A stretch of 64,000 nucleotides of DNA from Gemmatimonadales bacterium (GCA_037189525.1 JBBCJC010000011.1:1-64000), one strand, 5' to 3'. Shown: positions 1-9,441, counted from the stretch's first letter. Notes: generated by a model from the sequence alone, not told the origin. Made by a program: numbers and translations.

Positions 1-183
1 TCGGTACCTCCAAGTGGGAATCGGAGTTCCGTCTGGTCCAAATATCTGCACTTGGCCGTCGCTAAGCATCGCTGCGACTGCAGCCCGGCAGTGGCCTAGC
101 TCAGAAAAGAGTCCCGCGATCACGTTCAAGGGCAGATCGCCGCCGCATAGTTGATCAAGTACTTCGAGCTCTGGCGATGTCAT
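1..183 (-). CDS. Hypothetical protein, partial (runs off left edge); cassette-like gene
   Basis: Manual translation from ATG 183: MTSPELEVLDQLCGGDLPLNVIAGLFSELGHCRAAVAAMLSDGQVQIFGPDGTPIPTWRYR, open to the edge. GTTAGAC lies 10 nt upstream. Confidence 0.5.
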   Translation of the reverse strand, partial: MTSPELEVLDQLCGGDLPLNVIAGLFSELGHCRAAVAAMLSDGQVQIFGPDGTPIPTWRYR

Positions 184-193
184 GTATGTTGCC

Positions 194-331
194 GTCTAAC
201 TAGTGTATAGGTTGCGAAGGCCAGGATACGCCATATCCGCATTTGCCGCTAGCCTTGCAGCCTAAGCCGCTCAGCTCTCCGCGAAGCGAATCGATTGGAC
301 GGTGCCGAGCCGCCGTATAATCCCTGCGGAT
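194..331. other. Truncated attC-like element (one arm)
   Basis: GTCTAAC (RYYYAAC; GTTAGAC on minus) at 194-200. Inner inverted pair ATCCGCA 235-241 / TGCGGAT 325-331. Outer partner arm absent. Confidence 0.35.
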
Positions 332-652
332 GTCCCAAGAGGGCAGGCGCTCATCGGCATCGACGAACCAGCTCCCATCTAGCAGTCGTCGCCAAGCGTC
401 GTGAGTCGAATTGTTCCCAATTGAAACCCGCAGGGGTCGGATCCGTCCTGCACTAAACCTCCCACTCGGCCAATCATGCTCCGGACCTCGTCGGCATCGC
501 CCCCGGGCCAGCTATGTGACAATGGGGCAGCATTCAGAGCCTCGAGTCCGAAAACCTCCTCTTCCTGTTCGGCGCGTTTCGCCAGGTCGCTGAGCATTTG
601 GCTGACGTCGCCGAACAGCAATCCGGATTCGAAATGACCCCCGAGTGAGGAC

Positions 653-1354
653 TCAATCCTTCACCCAGCCCGTAATCCTCGCGATCAACCAAATCAGTCC
701 TGTTATCGCCGGCATGCCCAGGAGGATCGACAAGCCGAGATAGAGCAGTACCCGACGCCCCGATCCAGCGGCCGCGCTATACACGCGTTGATAGGCCTGC
801 CGAATGTCGGACGCGAGGCTCTCCTTGCCGGGCTGGAGCGGAAGGCGCACGACTAGATGCATCGGTGTACCCTGGGGCTTCGGGATGACCTGATAAAACT
901 CCATCCAATCGGCGTGATCGGTGATCCGAGCGTCCTTCTCCAAGGGGTGGAAATCCGCGCCCACCAGGATGCCATCGAGCGTCACCACGACGTCGATACC
1001 GGCGTTGCCGGGATCCTGTCCGAGGTTGGCGTCATTGGGCCCCACGCCCTCTCGCGTGTCCCACTCGTTGCTCTGACCACGAAACCACTCCCATCGCGCC
1101 GGGTCGATCGTCCATCGCGCAATCACCCCCTTGCCCGAATGGAGCCGCGCGAGCCGTCTCGTTTCGTCCGACCGAACGATCAGCCACACCGCGCTGATCA
1201 GGGTGGCGGCCAGGCTGCCGAACAGGATCGTGAGCCGAACCGTCAGATCGTCGCCCGTTCGCGGTATCACGAGCGCCGGAACGAACACGGCCAACGATAC
1301 CAGGCAGATGGCCGCCGCCCGATTCCGCGAGCGGATGTACTGGGTCGTCAGCAC
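653..1354 (-). CDS. Hypothetical membrane protein (about 3 TM segments)
   Basis: GTG start at 1354 with GAGAGG upstream; two N-terminal and one C-terminal hydrophobic stretches. Confidence 0.65.
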   Translation of the reverse strand: MLTTQYIRSRNRAAAICLVSLAVFVPALVIPRTGDDLTVRLTILFGSLAATLISAVWLIVRSDETRRLARLHSGKGVIARWTIDPARWEWFRGQSNEWDTREGVGPNDANLGQDPGNAGIDVVVTLDGILVGADFHPLEKDARITDHADWMEFYQVIPKPQGTPMHLVVRLPLQPGKESLASDIRQAYQRVYSAAAGSGRRVLLYLGLSILLGMPAITGLIWLIARITGWVKD

Positions 1355-1403
1355 GAGGTGCTGCCTCTCGCGCGAATGCGCTCGTCGTGATCGCCCGGCG
1401 GGC

Positions 1404-3074
1404 TCATCGTCGTCCTTTCGCCTCATCCTTCCGCACGGTCTGCCGCTTCCCCTTGATCCGAGTGGCCCGAAGCGCGGCGACGACCGGTTGCACCAGTTCT
1501 TCCGGCAGTTCGACCAGTGAGAATTTGTCGGCAATCTCGATGGCGCCGATCTGCGCGGCCGGAATCCCCGCCTCGTTGGCGATCGCGCCGACCAGGTCGG
1601 CCGGGCGGATGTTGTCCTTGCGGCCGGAGCCGATGTAGATCCGCGCCATTCCCGCGGTCGGCTTCCGGGGCGGCCCGCCCGGCTTGGTGCGCTTGCCCGT
1701 TGCCTTCTGCTTCACGCTCTCGGCCGCGACGACGGGGTCCTCGAGCGGAGGCGCTGTCGCCCCGTCGATCCCGCCGCCGGCCAGGTGAGCCAGCTTCACC
1801 GCCGCTGTGGCAATGTCCATCACGTCGTGCTCGCCCGCCAGGGCTTCAACGATGACCCGGTAGCCGTCCAGGTCGCCGGCCAGGATTGTCTCCTGAATCG
1901 AACTCCGGGTAATTTCCAGCTGCTTGGCGCGCACGTCGAGCACCGTGGGCAGTTTGGCCATCTCGATCTTCTGGCGGGTGAGCTGCTCGATGCTCTTGAG
2001 CATCCGGTGCTCGCGCGGTTCCGCAAAGGTGATGGCCACACCCTCGCGCCCGGCCCGTCCGGTCCGGCCGATCCGATGCACATACGCGGCCGGCGACTGC
2101 GGTACATCGAAGTTCACCACGTGGCTGACATGCTCGATGTCCAGTCCGCGCGCCGCCACATCGGTGGCCACGAGGATATCGACCGTGCCCGCGCGGGTCC
2201 GCTGCATCACTCGGCTGCGTTGATCCTGCGACATCCCGCCGTGCAGCGCCTGGACCCGGTAGCCGTGGCCCGCCACGCTCTCGGCCAGGCTATCCACTTC
2301 GTGCCGTGTCCGGCAGAACACCAGCGCCAGGGTCGGCGCCTCGAGGTCGAGAACTCGGCCCAGCGCTGCGACTTTCTGCGCACGATTCACCACATAGGCG
2401 GTCTGGCGCACCTTGGGCAGTTTGCCCGCAGCCGGCTTCTCCTGCGCGACAAGCACCTTGGCAGGGTCGCGCAGGTGACGTCGCGCAATCGTCGCGATTC
2501 GTGGCGCCATGGTGGCGGAGAAGAGCGCCGTCTGCCGCTCGGCCGGTGCCAGCTCCAGAATGCCCTCGATCTCCTCTGCGAACCCCATGTCGAGCATCTC
2601 GTCGGCCTCATCCAGCACGACGGCGACCAGGCCCGCGAGGTCCAGGGTCTTCCGCCGCAGATGATCGAGCGCGCGTCCCGGCGTGGCCACGACCACATGG
2701 ACGCCGCGTCGCAGGACCTTGATCTGCTGGCTGAACTCCTGTCCGCCGTAGATCGGGACTGTCGAGGCGCCCAGCGCTCGACCGTAGCGGTGGAAGGCCT
2801 CGGCCACCTGCATTGCGAGCTCCCGGGTGGGGACCAGGACCAGCACCGCGGGACGGGAAGGGGCCGGTGGCTCCGATGGCAATCGCTGCAGCAGGGGCAG
2901 CGCAAATGCGGCGGTCTTCCCGGTGCCGGTCGCGGCCTGGGCCAGAATGTCCCGGCCGGCCAGGAGCGGTGGGATCGCATGTTCCTGGATCGGGGTTGGC
3001 TCTTCATAGCCGAGCGCGGTCAGCGCTTCGACCAGAACGGGGGTGACGCCGAGTGCAGCAAACGTTGTGGGCAT
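1404..3074 (-). CDS. deaD: DEAD-box RNA helicase, DeaD/CsdA-like, with C-terminal DbpA-type RNA-binding domain
   Basis: Q motif PTPIQ, TGTGKT, VPTRELA, DEAD, SAT, HRIGRTGRAG; C-terminal GRKDNIRPADLVGAIANE. Confidence 0.93.
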   Translation of the reverse strand: MPTTFAALGVTPVLVEALTALGYEEPTPIQEHAIPPLLAGRDILAQAATGTGKTAAFALPLLQRLPSEPPAPSRPAVLVLVPTRELAMQVAEAFHRYGRALGASTVPIYGGQEFSQQIKVLRRGVHVVVATPGRALDHLRRKTLDLAGLVAVVLDEADEMLDMGFAEEIEGILELAPAERQTALFSATMAPRIATIARRHLRDPAKVLVAQEKPAAGKLPKVRQTAYVVNRAQKVAALGRVLDLEAPTLALVFCRTRHEVDSLAESVAGHGYRVQALHGGMSQDQRSRVMQRTRAGTVDILVATDVAARGLDIEHVSHVVNFDVPQSPAAYVHRIGRTGRAGREGVAITFAEPREHRMLKSIEQLTRQKIEMAKLPTVLDVRAKQLEITRSSIQETILAGDLDGYRVIVEALAGEHDVMDIATAAVKLAHLAGGGIDGATAPPLEDPVVAAESVKQKATGKRTKPGGPPRKPTAGMARIYIGSGRKDNIRPADLVGAIANEAGIPAAQIGAIEIADKFSLVELPEELVQPVVAALRATRIKGKRQTVRKDEAKGRR

Positions 3075-3086
3075 GGCGGAAGATAG

Positions 3087-3112
3087 GGGAGTGGCCGCCT
3101 GCAAACACTGCC
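3087..3112 (+). repeat. 26-bp direct repeat, copy 1
   Basis: GGGAGTGGCCGCCTGCAAACACTGCC, identical to 7433-7458. Confidence 0.95.
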
Positions 3113-3275
3113 AGGGCGGGTGGCGTACCGGACTGTCCGAAGACTGTCCTCTGCTGTCCACCAAGCGTCCTCGGAAGAGGACAGTTCTCTGGTGCGTCCA
3201 TTCCGCGCCGAGTCGTTTGCTTGCGGGAGGAGTACCACGACTGGAGGTGCCGTTGAAGGCCCTTTCCCGAGCGCG

Positions 3276-3590
3276 ACGAGTGCTCACCGGCTCGTGGTTG
3301 ACGCTCACCGTTCCATTGTTCCTCCTCACCGCTCTGTGAGTCGGGCTCGACGGTCCGATGCTGTCGCGTACGGATCGAGTGCCGGTGTTCGAGGCGACAT
3401 GGTCGTCGCTCACCGCGCCGTGGATGCCGTTTGAGACGCCCTTGCCGCGGTTCGCGCACGCAATGTCGTCGCGTATCACAGCGATGCTATCGGTCGAGAT
3501 GGCGTTGGCGTGGCTGGTCGCGCCGATGCCGCTTCCGATCACTCGATTGTTGCGGTTCGAGAACCCATTGCCATGGCTCGAGCCCGGATG
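3276..3590. repeat. Degenerate 21-nt periodic tract (about 15 units)
   Basis: CTCACCG at 3283, 3304, 3325 and 3409; variants CTCGACG 3346, TTCGAGG 3388, GTCGAGA 3493, TTCGAGA 3556, CTCGAGC 3577, all in 21-nt register. Confidence 0.8.
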
Positions 3591-3728
3591 GCATCTGCTT
3601 GGCACGCAGTTCGCGTTGCTCGCCGGCGCCGGCGGTGGCCGTGGCGCCGTCCGGTTCGTGTCCCAGCGTCGAGGGCAGTGGTTGCCACGGCCGGCCAGTT
3701 GCCAAGCAGATGGGAAAGGAGTAGTCGT

Positions 3729-4388
3729 ATGCGAACCGATGTGCGTCTCAAGGTCGACATGGCGGTACGGGTGCGCGACTTCCTCCGCGCCAACCCCTTC
3801 GCGTCCGCCAACGGTCAAGCGGTGACCGCGGTATTCGAGGAGAGGCTTGCCCGCGTCCTGGACCTGATCGCCCGCATCGATCAGGGGGAGCTCACCCGCC
3901 GTTCGGCCGTGCGCCACAAGCGCGACTTGCGGCAGCAGCTCCGCATGGTGCCCCTGCGGCACCTGACCCGCGTTGCCGCCGCTGCCGCGCGCGAAAAGCC
4001 GGAGTTGGCCACGCAGTTTCGGATGCCGTACCGCGCCACCGAGCAGGAGTTCCGTGCCGCGGCGGGGAACATCGCGGCGCTCACGGCAGCCAATCGCGAG
4101 CTGCTCGATCGCTATGGGTTGGATGCCGCCATTCCCGACGAACTGAATCGCGGCCTCGAGGTCCTGGATCGGTTGATCATCGATGCCAACGATGGTCGAA
4201 TGATTCACACCGGCGCACGCATGGAACTGCTTGGATTGAGTTCCGAACTGCTCGCCATGGCACGCCAGTTCGACGGGATGATGTTGTTCCGGTATCGTGA
4301 AGACCCCGGCTTGCGTGGCAGCTGGGCAAGCGCTCGCAACGTGGCCTGGGCGCGCCATATCCCGAAGCCGGAATCACCCGCGGCATGA
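3729..4388 (+). CDS. Hypothetical all-alpha protein (219 aa)
   Basis: AAAGGAG RBS before ATG 3729; amphipathic helical composition; followed by a hairpin. Confidence 0.8.
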   Translation: MRTDVRLKVDMAVRVRDFLRANPFASANGQAVTAVFEERLARVLDLIARIDQGELTRRSAVRHKRDLRQQLRMVPLRHLTRVAAAAAREKPELATQFRMPYRATEQEFRAAAGNIAALTAANRELLDRYGLDAAIPDELNRGLEVLDRLIIDANDGRMIHTGARMELLGLSSELLAMARQFDGMMLFRYREDPGLRGSWASARNVAWARHIPKPESPAA

Positions 4389-4399
4389 GGGCTGAGGAG

Positions 4400-4439
4400 G
4401 CGACACGACGAGCGGTCCGGTCCCGCTCGTCGCTGTCGC
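4400..4439 (+). terminator. GC-rich hairpin after 3729-4388
   Basis: GCGACA-CGACGAGCGG / CCGCTCGTCG-C-TGTCGC inverted repeat; weak U tail. Confidence 0.55.
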
Positions 4440-4727
4440 TTGGCGGGGATTGCTGCGCACGGAATCGCTCATGGCTGAGGCGATGTTATCATCGCGCTGA
4501 CGCTCGATGAACGTGCGATGAGGGTCGATTCCGGCATGCGAGGGTCACCCCGGGTGCGGGCACCGTGATCGCCAGGCCGGGAGCAATGATCCGTGAGGGA
4601 GGACCGGAGCGCGTAAACCTACAACGGGAGACATCCCGTCGCGGAAACGCCGACATCGGCCCTCAGGGTCTTGGAGTGGCGCCCGCCAGCGCGCTCCGGG
4701 GCCTAGGTCCCCCTCTTGGATATCGTC

Positions 4728-7292
4728 ATGATCACGAAGCCAAAGTTCTTGACCCGAATTCTCGTATTTGCCCTGCTTGGGTCCGCGCTGACCCTGGCGT
4801 CCTGCTCGGAACCTGAGCCCCACCTGCCGACGGCACCCCCGCCTCCTCCGATCAGCCCGCCGGACCCGCCCGATCCGCCGGACCCGCCCGATCCACCGGA
4901 CCCGCCTGAACCGCCTGACCCGCCCGACCCGGAGGAGGAGCCGTACGACTTGGCGGTGTCTCCCGTGGAAGGCTTGGTTCCGGTTACCGTGAGCATCTCG
5001 GTGGACCTTCCCGCCTCGGCCGGGATCGACGCGGCGGACCTTCGGCTGATGAGCGTGCTGCAGCGGACAGCTCCGCTGGGTGCGAGTGGCTCGGCGTCGT
5101 TCACGGCCTTCCAGGAAGGGCCGATGCTGGTGGCCGCCGTGCTGCGAACCGGCGAGCCGGTGCTGCTGGGCTGGGTCGACGCCTCGCCGGCTTCGCACAA
5201 ACTCTCGGCGCGGAGCACCGCCGAGGTATTGGCCTGGTTCGACATTGGCGCCCATCTGCTGCTCGACCCGGCGCGACCGGCAATGGTCAAAGCGCTCCGT
5301 GCCGCCCCGGAACTGGCGCCACTGGAGCAGGCGGTGGCCCAGGGGCTGGCGCAGGCGCCTCATCATCTGGAGGGAATCGGGCTATCGCTCCGACCGGCTC
5401 GGCTGCAGGTGACTCAGACCATCCTGGCGGGAGCGGAAGCCGCGCGCCGACTGGTGCCCCAGCGCGGAATCGTCATCGATCCGGGGAGCGCCCAGAGCGG
5501 CTCGAGGGTGCTGCAGCAAGCGCTCGACCGCATCGCGGTGGAGAACACCAACCGGATTCGCCGGATTGCCTACGTCGACCGGATCAGTCCGTCCGCGGCC
5601 GAAGTGGCGAAGATCGATCTCTCGCCCACCACGGGAGTGAACTCGGTAACCAGCGGCGTTTCCAACATCGCCACGGCGGCGATCTTCAACTACAACGAGA
5701 CGGCCTATGCCGGCATCACCTCGGAGCCGATCCGAGTGCCGATGAACCCGGCCGATGCGACCAGGACCGACTACCGGGTAACGGTCATCGGGGCGGGAGC
5801 GACGGCGGGGGCCGCTGCGCAACTGACCGCGCCGCGAACCGCCGAACTCCGCCGGCTCATCCGTGAGACCCTGATCGTCGACTTCATGTTGCCGCTGTTG
5901 TCGAATGTGGCTGGGCCCATGCTTCCGGAAGGCACCAAGTACTTCAACGACAAGGTTGATCCGGGCGTGCTCGGCTCAATTGCCGAGCAGTTGATCAACC
6001 GCATGCCGGACGTCACCGAGAAGGCGTATTCAGGAGATTTGATGGGGGCAGCTAAGACGTTGGTCGCCGGACTTCTCGAGGACAATTCCAAAGATTTGCT
6101 GCTCAAGTTCGCGGAGAGCTACATCAAGGAGCGCTTCCTCGAGGAGGGAGCCAGCCAGGCGGTCATCGAGACCGCCGCGAAGCAGTTCAAGGACGGCGCC
6201 GGGAAGATACTCAGCGCGATCAACATCGCCGATCCGGTCCTGCAGGGTTACGACCTGGCGGTCCAGATGAAGGACATCAGGGCGTCGGCGCGCGCTGAGA
6301 CGTTCAGTGTGGTCATTACTCCGGTGACGTTGAACCTGCTGCCGGTCAGCCGGTCCATCAGGCGGGACGACGAACTCGAATTCACCGCCGTCATCGCGGA
6401 GGCGTCGGGTGGCGATGATGCGTTCGAGTACCGCTGGAAGACGAGCGGCAACCACGGCGTGCTGAGGGATGCGATCGGTCACGAGGGCACCGAGTTTGCC
6501 AGCTCGCGCGATCGGGTGACCTACGTGCCTAACGGCGACACCGAGGGCGATGATCAGGTGATCGTCGAAGTTTACCTGATCGACGGCAGCGATCGCGTCC
6601 GACTCGATGCGGATACCTCGACGGTGCGGGTGATCGATATCGAGGTGACGCTCACACCATCCGCCGTCAAGCTGGGGCCCGGTCAGAAGGTGCAGTTCAA
6701 CGCCGAGGTCGATCCCAGGCCCGCGGGCGACATCTACTACCGCTGGACATCGTCGGGGAACCACGGCACCACGTTCCCGGTCTCGGGCGCACTCGGCTTC
6801 TCGTGGCTGGAGTACACCGTCCGCAACAACGCCTCGAAGGGCGGCACCGACTGGGTCGAGGTGGAGATCTTCATGGATCTCACTGAGCAGAACCCCACCG
6901 GTCCTCCGCTGGCGAAGGCGCGGGCTACCATCGAGATCGATGAGATTCAGTCGAGGGTCGAGGTCCGAACCGGCACATCGCCCTCCGTGTGGTGCATCCA
7001 GTCTGTGCTGGTCTTCCCGGCGGTGCAGGGAGCCAGGAGCTACGATATCCGGATCAGCAATCACAATCACGCGGCCCAACCGGCCGTGCGGAATATCATG
7101 GTGCCTGCTCCAACTCAGCCCTACGTTGCCTGCGGAGGGTCGAGTAGCGCCCTGGCGAACACCGAAGGCAACTCGGTCGTCGTCTGGCTTGCCTGGTCGA
7201 CTGGCGATCTCCGGGCCGATCGATCGAGCGCGCAGGCGTGGCATGCCGGAGCGTACACCAGCGCCAGAGTGGAGGTGTTTCCCCGGTTCTGA
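4728..7292 (+). CDS. Large lipoprotein with Pro-Pro-Asp linker and C-terminal Ig-like repeats
   Basis: Lipobox LTLASC; PPD/PPE repeat at 4857-4931; two similar beta-rich modules (YRWKTSGNHG, YRWTSSGNHG). Confidence 0.8.
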   Translation: MITKPKFLTRILVFALLGSALTLASCSEPEPHLPTAPPPPPISPPDPPDPPDPPDPPDPPEPPDPPDPEEEPYDLAVSPVEGLVPVTVSISVDLPASAGIDAADLRLMSVLQRTAPLGASGSASFTAFQEGPMLVAAVLRTGEPVLLGWVDASPASHKLSARSTAEVLAWFDIGAHLLLDPARPAMVKALRAAPELAPLEQAVAQGLAQAPHHLEGIGLSLRPARLQVTQTILAGAEAARRLVPQRGIVIDPGSAQSGSRVLQQALDRIAVENTNRIRRIAYVDRISPSAAEVAKIDLSPTTGVNSVTSGVSNIATAAIFNYNETAYAGITSEPIRVPMNPADATRTDYRVTVIGAGATAGAAAQLTAPRTAELRRLIRETLIVDFMLPLLSNVAGPMLPEGTKYFNDKVDPGVLGSIAEQLINRMPDVTEKAYSGDLMGAAKTLVAGLLEDNSKDLLLKFAESYIKERFLEEGASQAVIETAAKQFKDGAGKILSAINIADPVLQGYDLAVQMKDIRASARAETFSVVITPVTLNLLPVSRSIRRDDELEFTAVIAEASGGDDAFEYRWKTSGNHGVLRDAIGHEGTEFASSRDRVTYVPNGDTEGDDQVIVEVYLIDGSDRVRLDADTSTVRVIDIEVTLTPSAVKLGPGQKVQFNAEVDPRPAGDIYYRWTSSGNHGTTFPVSGALGFSWLEYTVRNNASKGGTDWVEVEIFMDLTEQNPTGPPLAKARATIEIDEIQSRVEVRTGTSPSVWCIQSVLVFPAVQGARSYDIRISNHNHAAQPAVRNIMVPAPTQPYVACGGSSSALANTEGNSVVVWLAWSTGDLRADRSSAQAWHAGAYTSARVEVFPRF

Positions 7293-7299
7293 GTCGGGT

Positions 7300-7350
7300 C
7301 GGGCACCGGAGCTCGTGAACTACTCGGGGAGTTTTCAGGTCCGGTGCTCG
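7300..7350 (+). terminator. Long hairpin after the lipoprotein gene
   Basis: CGGGCACCGGA / TCCGGTGCTCG outer stem plus inner TGAACTACTC / GAGTTTTCA. Confidence 0.5.
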
Positions 7351-7432
7351 CCTCAACGGGAGCGCGGCATCCGCCAGGAGACCCGAGCGTCGCCGGCAAC
7401 TTGGGGCTTGGTAAGAGGCCTGGCCGGTTGCC

Positions 7433-7458
7433 GGGAGTGGCCGCCTGCAAACACTGCC
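7433..7458 (+). repeat. 26-bp direct repeat, copy 2
   Basis: Identical to 3087-3112. Confidence 0.95.
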
Positions 7459-7497
7459 CAGGATCGGGCTGCATCTACTCACCCGCCGGGTGCTCGC

Positions 7498-8310
7498 TCA
7501 TATCTCGAGCAGGTCCTTGCCGACGATCACCGGGCCGCTGAAATGTGTGCGAGCTGCAGCGATCCACATCTCATCGGTAATCTCGGGTCGTCTGGCGGAA
7601 CCAGATGGGACAACACCAACATCTTGGCCCCCGCTGCCTGCGCTACACGCCCTGCATCCTCCGCGGTCGTGTGGTGAGACATGATGCTGCGCCTCAGTGT
7701 TGTGGCGTTCGGAACACGAGCCACCAGGCGGTCAACCCCAGGAACGTAGAGGGCCTCGTGAACGAGCACGTCGGCGTTCCTGGCAAGCCGGATGAGATTC
7801 TCGGAAGGCGTGGTGTCTCCGGATATGACGATCGACCGGTCCGCGGTATCGAAGCGATAGGCAAATGCCGGCGTGACAGGTGGATGGTGTACCAGTGCGG
7901 CGGTTACCTTCAGGTTCTCGTCGCGCATCACCACGCCCGGATCCGTCAGTTCGTGTGTATGGACCAGGGGCGCGAGCGGTACCCGGTTCTCGTCGGCAAT
8001 CCGAATGTCGATGTCATACGCGTTCATTGCGAAGAATAGCTCCGTCATCTTCTGCAGCGGCGGAGGTCCCCACGCGTCGAGTTGCGTACGTAGCCCGGCC
8101 GTCCACGCCAGCAGGATCAGGTTGCCGTAGTCCGCGTTGTGGTCCGAATGATGATGGGTAATAAAGATGTGCCGAAGCGTCGGCAATGGGATTCCGGCGG
8201 AGGCAAGTTGGCGCGCGACGCCGTCGCCGCAATCGATCACATACGTCGTTCTGTTCACCACGATTGCCTGCGCCGACGCCGCATTGGCTTTGTGTGGGCG
8301 GGGTCCGCCC
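7498..8310 (-). pseudogene. MBL-fold hydrolase (RNase Z/arylsulfatase-like), 5-prime truncated and frameshifted
   Basis: HHHSDH, ISGDT, LVHE and SHL motifs. The expected LLGTG start is missing. A frameshift near 7585 puts the natural tail EITDEMWIAAARTHFSGPVIVGKDLLEI* in another frame. Confidence 0.8.
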
Positions 8311-8377
8311 GAACGTTTCGCAGCGTGGCGATCACCTGCGGTCCTGCACACTGCTCAACGCTTCGGCGGCAACAAGT

Positions 8378-8457
8378 GTCTAACGCGCATTCACCCTGCT
8401 CCTTCGCTGCGCCCGCCCCCTCGGTGCGCGGCGGGGACGGCAGATGCTCGCTTAGAT
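8378..8457. other. attC-like imperfect hairpin (80 bp)
   Basis: GTCTAAC...CTTAGAT ends, CGCGCAT/ATGCTCG and CTGC/GCAG pairs, inner TCCTTCGCTGCGC/GCGCGGCGGGGA stem. Confidence 0.45.
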
Positions 8458-8478
8458 TTCCTCGATTCGGAGTTATTG

Positions 8479-9399
8479 ATGCGCTGCTGCTTCATCCTGT
8501 GCGCCATGGTGATCCTCGGCTCGGACCGGGTCGTTGCTCAATCCCCCGCGCCACCGACCACGTTCGAGTACGACCGATCGGCTCCCCTCGGGCTGAGCGA
8601 TTCGCTGCTCGGCGTCGAGGACGGCGTGTCGATTCATGCCATCACCTTTGCGAGCCCGGGCGGCGGGCGGGCCGCGGGGCTGATGCTGGTCCCTGGAGGC
8701 CCTGGTCCTTTTGCCGGAATCGTGGTGCAGCATGGGGCCCCTGGTCGGGTCGACAGCACCATCATCACCCTGCTCAGGCACAATGTGATGCCTAACGCGA
8801 TGGCGCTGGCCAAGGCGGGGGCGGTAACCATTACCGTCATGGCGCCCTGGGCACGGCAGATGACGTCGCCCGTGACGTTTACGCCGTCCGATAGCATCTA
8901 TCAGGTTCAGCTGATCCAGGAACTCCAGCGTGCCGTCGATATCCTGCTGGCTCGGCCGGACATCGATCGAGACCGTCTCGGCTACGTCGGGCGGAGCTAC
9001 GGCGGGGCGACGGGGGCACTCTTCGCGGGGGTGGAGCGTCGCCTCAAGACCTACGTTCTTCAGGTCGGCGATGGCGGGCTGGTGTCGCATTTCACCGGGC
9101 CCGACGGGAAAGGCGGTCCGCCCCCGGGAATGCCCACCGAGCGATGGGATCGATGGGTTGCGGCGATGAGCCCGATCGAACCGATCCGATTTGCAGGGCG
9201 GGCGGCCCCGGCGTCGGTCCTCCTGCAATCCGGTCGGGACGACAAGGCGGTGCCGCCGGCAATCGCTGCGCAGCTGCACGAGGCGACCAGCGAGCCGAAG
9301 AAGGTCATCTGGTATCAGGCGGGCCATGGTCTCAACGAAACGGCCACCAGGGATATGCTGGCGTGGTTCCATCAGCATCTGGGGACGCGGTCACCCTGA
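8479..9399 (+). CDS. Secreted alpha/beta hydrolase (dienelactone hydrolase/acetylxylan esterase-like)
   Basis: GGAG RBS, signal peptide, GRSYG nucleophile elbow, GRDD Asp, AGHG His. Confidence 0.85.
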   Translation: MRCCFILCAMVILGSDRVVAQSPAPPTTFEYDRSAPLGLSDSLLGVEDGVSIHAITFASPGGGRAAGLMLVPGGPGPFAGIVVQHGAPGRVDSTIITLLRHNVMPNAMALAKAGAVTITVMAPWARQMTSPVTFTPSDSIYQVQLIQELQRAVDILLARPDIDRDRLGYVGRSYGGATGALFAGVERRLKTYVLQVGDGGLVSHFTGPDGKGGPPPGMPTERWDRWVAAMSPIEPIRFAGRAAPASVLLQSGRDDKAVPPAIAAQLHEATSEPKKVIWYQAGHGLNETATRDMLAWFHQHLGTRSP

Positions 9400-9441
9400 G
9401 GAGGGAGGGACGAGCTGATCCAAGAGATTCCGCAGCCGCCG

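Noticed and set aside
379..621. 80-aa minus-strand ORF
   Set aside because: TTG start and no recognisable motif or RBS; may be a remnant but cannot be supported
3276..3590. Periodic tract as a CRISPR array
   Set aside because: No conserved repeat with unique spacers, the period is only 21 nt, and there are no cas genes
3075..4358. 428-aa N-terminal extension of the DEAD-box helicase in the 984-aa ORF call
   Set aside because: Helicase similarity starts at MPTTF (3074). The extension is antisense to the RBS-bearing gene 3729-4388 and crosses the periodic tract.
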